In this document: one piece after another, positions 53,075 through 64,000 of the stretch
How positions within the stretch are numbered: position 1 is the stretch's first letter
Layout of the letters: every line of letters starts with the position of its first letter
NCBI GenBank assembly: GCA_964016885.1
Contig: OZ024743.1
Coordinates: 342,116,001 to 342,180,000, forward strand
Length of the DNA stretch: 64,000 nucleotides
Source of the DNA: Eledone cirrhosa
Lineage: Eukaryota
Reading direction: 5' to 3'
Translations under genes and position numbers: made by a program
The notes under the pieces: generated by a model
What the model was told of the DNA's origin: nothing
Database searches by the model: none
What the model saw: the letters and a program-made list of their open reading frames with translations, nothing else

Positions 53075-55530
53075 TGTGCGCGCATGTGCGCCCGCACTCT
53101 TGTCATTTCACACTGACTTTCCAAGACAGGACATTCTATAATCTTTTGTCCAGAAATCCCCATTTATTTAGATGTATTATTGCTCGGACAAGCTGTGTTG
53201 AGCAACATTATAGCTTTCAAAGAATGACCACATTTTTGTGGCTCAAACTATGATATGCCCTATCCATGAAAACACAACACTAAACCAGGTGCAGTTGTAA
53301 ACAGCCGTGATATTCTCTATGTGGTTTGGCTACTCTTTAGAGATTTGTTCTTTATGGTAAGCTTTAGTATTTCTCCCCAAATCCTCAAACATATTCATTA
53401 TGGGACATCTGTTTGTGTCTCTATTTGAAGGACCTACCACATTTCTACATTTCGTCGTGAATCCAATGCAAGTCATAGAACATTGTGGATTTGTCTACAA
53501 ACCGATGACATCCAACCTCTATTGGAAGTAATATACACTGCTACTCCCATGCTTAATAGTATTCCCTGTGTCTTTCAGATTTTAAACTCTTATGTTTATG
53601 TGTTTAGTCAAAACTTTATTCTCGAAACAGACTCTACCATAAGGTTGGGGCGTTGCTTTCTCATTGTCAATGTTGGAAACACGAACATATTTTTTGCAAA
53701 CCACTTCCACAATCCAATCGTTAGCAGCATGCATAGGTGTATGTATCGGTTTTCACTGTTTTACGTTGTCACGCTGCTTTTCTCACCCCCTTGTATAAAA
53801 CAACAGGGTTGAACATAGATTTGTTGCCCTGGACTTTCTGCGTTGTAGTTTAGTGTATCAGAAAGCATACTCAATATTTTAGTATACTGTCAACATACAC
53901 CAACGATGCATATCCTACACTCGGTGACAAGTCATATATCTATCATATATTATGTCTGAAGTTTATGTTTATACGTTGCTCAAATGGTCAATATTACATG
54001 AAAAGGGTTTTGAATTACCTACTCTTAAATAAATGTCCTTTTGAAGAAAAACAAATTCATCAAATTGCATGAAATATAACACTTGCAAAAAAAAAAACGA
54101 TTATATATTTATTATATAAATCAATAGAGACGAAACTTTAGACAGCCATTACCAAAGTACCAAAACGTATCTTCATAAAGACGGACTTACGTCACACACG
54201 CATACAAATACATACTTGAACATACACAAAACACAGATACACATACACACACACAATTTTACAGACAAAATAGTTGCTGAAACAAACAAGACTTCTTCCG
54301 ATACGTAGAAATATATCTTTCTCTCTCTCAAAACACACACACAAACACGTTTTCATACACACACAAACAGGCGTGCACACTCAAATGCAGGCACACACCC
54401 ATAAACCAAGAAACCAAAACAAAATCAATGGTGAAACACAGGTGAGAAACTTAATTAGAAGCACTCACACCAGCAAAGCTATATTCAAATGTACCCTGAC
54501 TTCAAAAAGACCTCTACGTAAATATCTCCTTCATTATTTAAACAATTGTTTTAATTCTATCATTAATTATTTCTAACGTTTTTCGTATGTTCTAAAACGA
54601 AAAAGCTTTTTTCCTTGGTTCGTACGCACAAATACAATACAAGATTCACAACTACATAAACATCTTTCAACTTTAAACCATTTTACATTCATTAATTCTA
54701 TTGTTTCAGTCATTTTTCAACGTTGTTTTTCAGTTGTAAAATGACAAAAAACTTTTATAAGGTGTATCTTTTTTATCCACAGCCACATTATCGTCTTCAT
54801 TGAAATGCCAGTGGTTTTGATTTAAAGAGAAAACGAAGTATATTATAGGAACAGCAGATTTATTTCATAGGTATACCACGATTATGTTGAAAGCGGACTG
54901 TCAAAAGCAAGGTCTATGTGATCTGTCCTCTCTATTGTGATTTGTGGTTAGATGAAACCTAAAACCCACACCTAAAAGTAGGAGAGATTGGTGCAAGCCG
55001 AAATACTAGATCTAAATGAAGATCAAGAGCTGCATGTATTGGTATTTGGCATAATCCAATGTCAGCACACTGTGTTGGAAAAATAGTAGATGCATTAAGA
55101 GGTCACCGAAATCAATGATTATGCATACAAGAGGCGGGGATACGTTATATCCCGTGTACAGGACGCGGTTTTTGAAAATAAGTGTATTTGAAAAACATCA
55201 AGGGAGATGACATGGTTGGACTAAAACTTCTCAATTGATGTTCCCCTATAATGTCAAACTATTTGAGCTATTCATTGACAGATGATAATATTTCTCATTG
55301 TAGAAATATGCTCATCTATCAAGTCTATCAAATCTTTGATGATGTATAGGAAATGATTAACTAATTTTCGGAGTGAACAGTCAGAAGAGCATCACACAGT
55401 ATTTGACAGCTATATATATATCGGGACCTCTTATGTTGTCGTCTCCATGTAAGGATTCCATGACAGAGACACTTCACTCTCTTTCTCTCCCCCCTCTCTC
55501 TTTCTCTCTTTTCTCTCTCTTTTTCTCACT

Positions 55531-55605
<75 letters not shown>

Positions 55606-56044
55606 TTTCTCTCTCCCCTTTTCTCTCTCTCACACAGAAACAAGACGGTGAGAAGAAAGGGTTATTATTCAGTTATTTCTTAAGCAAATGTTCCAGATAG
55701 ACTATATATTGTTTCTCAATGGAGTGACGCCCCTACTATTTAAGTCTACTATTACTTAAAGAAGGCAGTGAGCTGTAGATCATGGAAGACATAATTTGGA
55801 AATATTTTTCTGTCATTCAAAGGTGTGTGTAAAAAGGGGGAGGGGGAGGATTGTTTAAGGCTGACGATCCTTGACAACAAACTGCGGGAGTCCGTGAGCG
55901 AACAAGAGCCTTCAGAGTTTTGCTAGATTTGTTTGTCGTCTTGCTAATAAACAAAAAGATAAACAATCCACGGGAATTGGGAAACCTATTAAAAAAAGCA
56001 ATTAAGCTCACTCAATACATTAGAATATGAATATGAACCTCTTC

Positions 56045-56180
56045 AGTCGATCCAGTACCCGATACAACCACGTTTTGCTATGACAGTACATAAAGAACGA
56101 GAACTGACCATGCAAAATGCGTTCATTTCTCTTGGAAAATGATTATTACCAGCTGTATGCGGCTTTACGTCGAAGAATAA
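56045..56180 (+). pseudogene. PIF1-like helicase C-terminal remnant (probably Helitron)
   Basis: IQYPIQPRFAMTVHK..LTM and YQLYAALRR resemble QFP..FAMTINKSQG and GQLYVALSR. Confidence 0.55.
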
Positions 56181-57929
56181 GGAATAAAGGTGTTAAACTA
56201 TTCTTGAAATGTCATTAAAATTGATCTTTAAAAGACCAGGAGATATAATTTTATTTTCTCTTCTAAAAGGTATTTTCTTCTTTAGTATCCAAAGGAATAG
56301 CAATACCGTTAATTTCTTAGTGAAATAATATGAAATTAGAAAAAGACACTGCAGACTAGAGCATCCAGGTTTAGTTGTGATGTTGTATATCCATGGGTGC
56401 AAGGGTTAAGTATGTAAGATTCAAGATGGTGTGAATAATAAAAAGTGTATCCATGTTTAAAATGATATAGATATTTTTTTCTGATATAATAAATACGCGC
56501 ACATATACCACAATTCTCATTTAACAAACTGGCAACCAAATCAATGCATCTTTACAAAGGAATTCTAGCTTAATCTATAAATCTGCTTATCTATCTCTGC
56601 ATATCCTTTCAAGCATGCAAGTACACTTTTTATGAACTGGCTTAAGCCGGAGAAGAATCTTATCCACTGTGGTCATTTTTTATGGACTCTGAGATTGACA
56701 AGAACCTACAAATAATTCGGTGAATCAGATCAGAATACTTGCAACTGAGTAGACTACGGTAAAGTCATTCTATGATGAGATGTCTGAGGAATTGAATCTA
56801 ACACCCCAAGAATAGTTACATTCAATGCAAGTTGACACTCCATATATTACGTCTATGATATTTTATTGACACGTCTTGGTAGAATGCAGTTGGCCGAACC
56901 ACTGCATAGTGCAAATCAAACATGAAAGTATGCAATTGCGAATCGAATTTCGTTAACCACTTAGCTATGACTTGCATTAAAAGATTGTATAGTTTTACTT
57001 TCCAGGAAAATTTAAAGATTTATTTGAAATATTGGAATAATAGTTATAATTGGTATGGAGTTTGCTACCAGATGTTTGGAAAGTATATTTTTGTGTATTA
57101 TCAGTTATTGAACTATGAGGTCTGTACATTCTTGGCGCGATGTTAAGAAGAAAACACACATCTAAAAAACGAGAGTGGGGTGTCGAAAGAAAGGGTTAAA
57201 GATACTCAGAATCAGGAAAAGAAAACGTGTGAGAGATAGTGCGAGATGATTCCGCTTGGTTATAATCTTTCGATAGAAGTTAACTAAAAATAATACAGAT
57301 ATTATATTCAATATTATATGGTTCGATGAATGATAACATAAGGAACTTACAGACGAATTAAATGTCTATTTGTATTTTTTATCGAATAAACTGAAGAAAA
57401 TCTAATTTATAATCGTAAAAAACTATCAAAGAGCAGTCTGCAAAACATACAGATCAATGATAAAGTTGTTCGTCCAATATTATTTTATTGATATTGTACA
57501 AATCTTCCATTCAGTGTCGATTCTCTCTTTCTTATATGTATATATACTAACTTATATGTATATATACTAACAACTTTATATATATATACTAACAACTTTA
57601 TAAATCACATACGAAAGCGCCTCTACATAGTTGGATGGAACACTAGAAATAGTAACCAGATCTCCATTAAAATACACCAACTATTATTGTAAAATTAAAG
57701 GAGATATTGGACAATATCATGGTATGCAGGAGAGAGAGGAGACATGACCGAAATCATATACTTGTTCGTCTAAGCATGAGTTGGGAATGAAACAAACAAA
57801 AAAAGAAATGTATTGCTTATTATTTTTAAACAACACAATGCGCATAATATATATGTAAAATATAGTATAACTATATAAGTTGCACAAGATTTAACCGTCG
57901 CTATAGTACGTTATTAAACATACAGGATA

Positions 57930-59210
57930 ATCTTACACAAAATGACATATAAAACACGTATAACCATAGTATAAAACAGACTGGTTACATACCCGAAAAA
58001 GAACAATATATTACCAGGGGAGAGAAAGGGTGTTTCAAAGCAATGTAAGGCTGTAAATAGCTTCTAATTACACAAGAACAGGACATACAATTCTTAGTTG
58101 TAAATATACATGTGAGATAAAACGCAAAAATGAAGAAAGTTAACAAATTGCTAAAGAAGTTTGGTATTAAAAACTTAACATGACACCACTGAAAATAAAA
58201 TAGCATGTATAATTACGCTATCCATCCCAGTTATAGATTAGAGTTTCAATTTAATCAACTGGACGTTAAACTACAGGAATCTACGAACTGAGTTTCGAAA
58301 CCACATTACCAAATCAGATATATAGAGAGAATATATCTACCCTCAACACACACAGAGATTTGATACGAATAGAAAATTGCTACGAAGGATTAGAAAATGT
58401 ACTGAGAAGAAAGAAATTGAAAACTGATGTTTTTAAGGAAACATGAAGAAAAACGTTTCTATAAATGGCTCAAAATCTCTGGGCTAAATTCAAAACCAGA
58501 ATGTATGATTCTAGCCGCTAAAGATAACTGGCTAGCTATAAACAATTATAAAAATAAAATATTGAAAGAAGGTTACAACAGCAAATGCTCACTATGCAAT
58601 AAAACAGTTTGTTATGCCATATACGGCTTTAAAATCTTTGCCAAGTCCGAGGATATACACAGATACAATAGAGTTGACAGCTATATCTACTGGGTAATAT
58701 GCCAACACATCTATGTGAAAACGTAAATAAAGTGGTATAAATGTGTACTAAACATGGTAAACGACAACGACCTGTTAGTAATAATCTGGAGCATGTGTAA
58801 AATGTTGAGTTTGAACATGCGAAGAACCTTTCCTTGATACCGACCATGTAAAAGTATTATGGGCCATGAAGATTCAAACTGATAAGCAGATGGAGCATTC
58901 ACGCTCAGATAATGAGGTAGAGAGTTTGTCGGTTAATTAATGGTGTCTGTCTATTTGTTACTAGAGAGAGAGAGACAAAACACGCGAGTAAATAGAAAGT
59001 ACCAAGATCTGAAAGGCAAATTACAGGGGATCTGAAAGTGCCACACAGTTATTATTTTTCCAATTGTATTAGGAGCATTAGGGACAATAGCTAAGTTTGG
59101 TTGTTTGGTTGAAAATGTTGCTTATAAAGGTGAATTTGCTAACTGACTATACAGAAGGTTTGGTTGCTTGACAAAGCAAGAATCATGCGAAGAGAGCTGG
59201 ATATCTAGTG
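57930..59210 (+). mobile_element. Highly decayed RLE-type (R4/Dong-like) LINE 3' region
   Basis: WLK..L....E..ILAAKD..L...NY...I.K....KCSLC..RYNRV..YIYW.IC; KYQDLK; PIVLGALGTI. Confidence 0.75.
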
Positions 59211-59259
59211 ATTCAAATGCCGGCACCGAAATGTTGAGAAAATAGAGGATATAAGAAAA

Positions 59260-59935
59260 TAATTGTTTCTACTTTTGGCACAAGGCCAGCAATTATACGA
59301 GTGTATTACTGGTACTTTATTTTATCGACCCCGTAAGGATGAAAGAGGATATAAGAAATAATGAAACAACAACGACAATAATAATACTAATGTTTCTACT
59401 TTTGTCACAAAGGCAGCAATTACCCCAGTGCATTACTGGTGCTTTATTTAAATAATTTTAATGATTTCTACTCTAGGCATGAGGCCAGTAATTTTGTAGG
59501 AAGGGAACGTCGATTAAATTCACTCCGGTGCATTACTGGTGCATTATTTTATCGACCCCGTAAGGATGAAAGGCAAAGCTAACCTCAGTGGGATCTAAAC
59601 TCAGAATGTAAAAGGCCGTAATTCTATGCTGCGAAGCAGGCTGCCCAATGCACTACCGATTCTGCCAATCCACTGATAATAGTAATAATGTATAACGATT
59701 CGTTTGAACTTCGCAGTACACACAAATAGAACCATTAAAATACCAAAATAAGAAAATATGTTTATTGATTGATATGATCACACCATAGGCAGCGAATTGG
59801 CCGAGTCATTAGAACTGTGGATAAAATGCTTTGTTATATTTGTTTCCGCTCTCTACTCTCGGAGTTTAAATCCTGCTTAGGTTAACTTTGCACTTCAACT
59901 TTTCGAGGTCGATAAAAAAGTACCAGTCTAGGACC
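59260..59935. mobile_element. Cluster of SINE copies and fragments
   Basis: Partial minus copies at ~59260-59345 and ~59390-59450; full minus copy ~59462-59672; diverged plus copy ~59788-59935. Confidence 0.8.
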
Positions 59936-60019
59936 GGAATTGTTTCTTCTTCTATATTTCTTTCTCACTTCCATTTTCTCATGCTCTCTTTACTTCTCTA
60001 GAATAAATATACTGTGTTC

Positions 60020-60940
60020 AGACCTAGAGGAGGTGGCCTCCGCTGGGTGTCAATACGGTCCCCCAAATAGGCTCAAAGCCCTCTACTTTAATGATCACCT
60101 TAGGTAACGAAAATTGACTGTATTGAATGCCTTCGATTGATCTACGTTGATCAGAGCCCTACACATACCAAGTTCCTTTGCCCCTTTTCTTCGTAGACGA
60201 AGAAGTCTATATTGAACAGATCTTTCAAGAAATTGCAAGCTTGCGCCTTCCCAAGCAGACGAACAACGACAAGTGCCAACCATGTCACTAAAACCTTGGC
60301 TAAAATTTTAAAATCTACGTTTAGCAGAGATATAGGCCAGGCATTATCTATATGGTCCCCTTGTTAGGGTCCTTTCAAAACAACTCCACTGCCGTTCGGT
60401 TCATAGAACTGGGAATTCTCTCGTTTTGACGTCTGTTGGCGTAGACGTCTGCTAAGTTATCGTCAAACTAGTCTGGGAGATTTGCGTAATTCTCGTAGAG
60501 CAGACAATGCAAACCATCCGATTTGCCCCTCATGCAGCTAGCCAGCGCATCCCATATTTTATCGATTGTTATCAACTTCTCCTAACACTCCGTTTCTGTC
60601 ACAGAGAACCGCGGCTGGCGTCGAGGTAGACACTGAATTCCAGGCCACGATCCGGCATGCCACTCCTGAACATTTGAGCGAAGTGTTGCTGAAAAATTGC
60701 ATATATCTGCTTGGGATCGAATACCATGTGCCCGTCTTGCTTCTGTAACTCGGGCGCATCAAAAAGCTTTCCTCTCCTCATGTCTAAGAGCTCTGACAAT
60801 GAAACCTTCGTGATTCGCGTTGAAGAATTGGTCGAGTGCCAATCCCGCAGCGAGCACGTAGGCTGTGATGCCTTTCCTAAGGTTTCTTTTTTGGCTTCGT
60901 GCTATGAGGGACATCAGTTTCTCGTTAACCTCTCTTATTA
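60020..60940 (-). mobile_element. Decayed Tx1 ORF2 fragment
   Basis: LALDQFFNANHEGFIVR; IFQQHFAQMF; ALINVDQSKAFNTVNFRYL. Confidence 0.8.
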
Positions 60941-63049
60941 ACACAACGTTTTGTGTTACTTGTTGTTCTAGTGGTTGTTGTGCTTGTTTTCGTTTGGCTC
61001 ATTGTGGTGTTGGTGTTGTTATGCAAGTCTTCGTGTTTGTTGTGTATGCTGTCTGCATCTTCTGTTGTAGGTGTGCTCATTGTGCGCGATTTTCCCTTAT
61101 CTTTTCTGTGTCTGTGTTTCAGGTTTTTTAGGTTGATGTAAACCTTCGTCTTCACCGAAGAGAAAACTGTCACTCATACAAGATATACTTTACAACACAT
61201 ACAACATATACTCTACAATTAACAATACAGCACACATTAACATATTATAGACAAACGGACACTAGAATGAGGTAATGCACAGTACGCACAAAAAAGGAAG
61301 AGCAATCGATGCCGCACACAATCTGAAGACAAAGTAAGGCAATAGAAATGTGCATAAAACTATTGAAGAAATAATAACATCAATAATAACAATGATAAGT
61401 GATGAGGCTAAACAGATTTACTAGAGGAATTATAATGCGAATTTAATTATAAAAAATACCCCCAATCTAACCTTTAAGAGAATACAATTAATTGCGAACA
61501 TTAATATCACGCTATATGAGATAAGAGAATTAAACCAAACACAAACTTACAAATAAAGAAAAATCAATGAACTAGACAGTACTACTCATACAAATGACAC
61601 AAACATATAAGAATATTATGGATGCATTAGCTTATTCGTCATAACAGATTTGAATGCAAAAAGATTAAGAAGATCTAGAAATACATAAAATCAAAAATCG
61701 AAGAGTGAACAGAAAAATACGGAAGGATCCTGGGAATAATTATAACGAACAGTCAAATACAAAACATAATCCCAGAAACATATGCCCAATCTACAAAATA
61801 ACTAGCAGTACTTTGAACTGCAAACATATTACGTAGATTGCTGGCATAACAATAGAAAATACTATTATAATAGAGAATACAAAACATAATAATGTAATGT
61901 CAGTAACAAATCATGTAATAAACATGTAACTATAGAAAAATTGTTATAACAGGAAGTTTTCATATTGTATATTAATATTCTATCCAAAACACATGTGCAC
62001 TATAAAAAAGACGTAGGATATTTTGAAATAAAATTAATATAGCAAGTTAAAATGAATAAAAACAGTGGAGAATACATCGAAATGAAATGGAAAACAAACC
62101 TTGAAGAAATTAAATGCACGAAAATATTAGAAAAAAACATAGTACACAAAAGAAACATATTCTACCACAAAGCAATGGAACTCTCATACGATAGGTACGC
62201 TCTGAAAACGGTGAAAAAACTACACATGAAGCAACTATATGCATTATATCAAACTAAAACGGCAACTCAAATCTAAAATAATGAGTAAAAGCATCCCCAT
62301 TGAAAAATACAATTACAGACACAAGAAATAAACACATTCGTTTCCACAGTTAACAGCAAATAGAAAAAAAAACGACATCGCCGCAGTCCAACCACACTTA
62401 GCATTGAGCGGGATCTAACAGGAAAAGAAAAGTAATTCAAATTTAGCATAAACATATAAATTGATATAGATCAAAGTAAATATCTACCTCCAGCATGTAA
62501 AAGATACCAATAATTAAAAAGTGTAATAAATAGGAATACGTATAATCTTAAAAGCAGATAGAAATTAAGCTATGCTTTGAAAAATGTAAATGCATCTTCC
62601 AAGAGAGACCAGGATCAACGGTTATTCAGGCATATTGGAAGCGAATAAGGAACAAAAACATTCAACAAAAGGTTTTAAAATAAAATAGAAGCGCGAGGAA
62701 GAGGCACATTGGCAGCACCGAATTCCCAAGCAATTTAAGTTTAGCTTCTAGGTTTGGTAGCTCCTAACTTCTGAACTGAAGACGTACGGCCAAGTAGATA
62801 TGATACTCATCTCACATTCGAATAATCGTGGCTTTTATCCATAGATTGGTTGAGACACTGAATTTCACCATGAGTACTAGAAGCAACTCAACGATCCGAT
62901 GAACAAGTCACTCACCAAGGGACAGCCGTGTCCATTCAGTCACTTAAGACTTCATAAAACCAGGAAAAGCTCCGACATGAAGACTCTCTAAGCTCGAGAA
63001 AGACTTTACATTCTTGGCTGAAACAACTGACCAGTAATCAGTTCTTGAA

Positions 63050-63210
63050 CATCCATACCCTTACCGTACTTTATATTTCAACGAGGCACATGGCCATTTT
63101 GAATCACAGGTACAAGTGTCTTGGTCAAGGATACAACGTGTTACCGGCAATCAAACTCACGAGCTTAAGATCGTGAGCCAAACACCATAATCACTAATTG
63201 ACATGCATTC
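63050..63210 (-). mobile_element. Diverged tRNA-related SINE of a second family
   Basis: Minus strand tagtgattatggtgtttggctcacgatc..cgtgagtttgattgccgg..ccttgaccaagacactt. Confidence 0.5.
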
Positions 63211-63216
63211 ACACAC

Positions 63217-63307
<91 letters not shown>

Positions 63308-64000
63308 GATATATGTGTTATATATATTTTTTTAAATTAAAATAACAGATTAAAGTTTAAGCAAAGAATCACTGCTTTCACTCATATATATATTACCATA
63401 AACAGCATCAAATAGCAGACCTTAGCAAAGACCACTATATAGATTATCTTTTGTTTTCCGAAATGCTGCGGATGTTTCATTACAAACTTCCGTCAACATT
63501 CCGACAACAATTCGTTGTTTTGCAGTTTCTTCCATTTCAGCTCTTTTGTGTATTATCGATAAAAAAACACTGATAAAATTAAAAAAATGGGACAAATTCT
63601 GCGCTACATTAAGCAGGAAATTGAAGACTATTGTATTGGGAGAGGGAGAAAGACAAATCAGATTGTGACTATTATTTATTCTATGCAAGGTCGCTTACGC
63701 AATCTATAAATACAGTTTTTATGACTATTATTTTAACACTGTTACTCTCAGTAATAACAATAGTGTCTTTTATGTGAGTGTAAATTACCATGTTTTCTGT
63801 TGAATATATTAAAGGGTAATTTTGAGTAAATCGTATTAAGTGGTTATTGTAGAATTTTATGAGGAACTTTAAGATACTAGTTCTGAAATGATAGATTCTT
63901 CTCAAGAACATTATTGAACAGAGATTTTTTCCGTTTTAGTCGTTGTTTTCTGTTGTGCAGTAATTACAGATTTAGTTCTTCGTTATTGGTGTTGTTGCTG

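Noticed and set aside
53100-55300. Higher-complexity stretches possibly from DNA transposons or exons
   Set aside because: No recognisable motifs in the frames examined
61200-62750. A-rich region possibly a decayed LINE ORF
   Set aside because: Too degenerate to assign
63422-63545. Possible coding exon MEETAKQRIVVGMLTEVC..
   Set aside because: No recognisable homology and weak splice context

Overview
AT-rich, microsatellite-dense eukaryotic DNA in which I can find no host protein-coding gene. The repeat landscape suggests an octopus-like cephalopod, but this is inference only. Almost everything interpretable is mobile DNA. It includes decayed RLE-type (R4/Dong-like) LINEs, RTE fragments, tRNA-derived SINEs and Helitron pieces. 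It also holds a roughly full-length Tx1/L1-clade LINE (minus strand, ~40.75-46.99 kb) flanked by (GATA)n, and several Penelope-like elements (RT + GIY-YIG). The main hidden layer is non-coding. By eye I find about 25-30 complete, partial or degenerate type I hammerhead ribozyme (HHR) motifs from at least 15 apparently unrelated families. Nearly all lie just upstream of a (TA)n tract, and many sit in fold-back or terminally redundant 400-600 bp retrozyme-like units. Three unrelated families carry a compensatory U3:A8 catalytic core. A 5'-inverted RTE insertion duplicates the Tx1 ORF2 start codon. Most ORFs in the supplied track are microsatellite artefacts. All structures were folded by eye and many boundaries are approximate.
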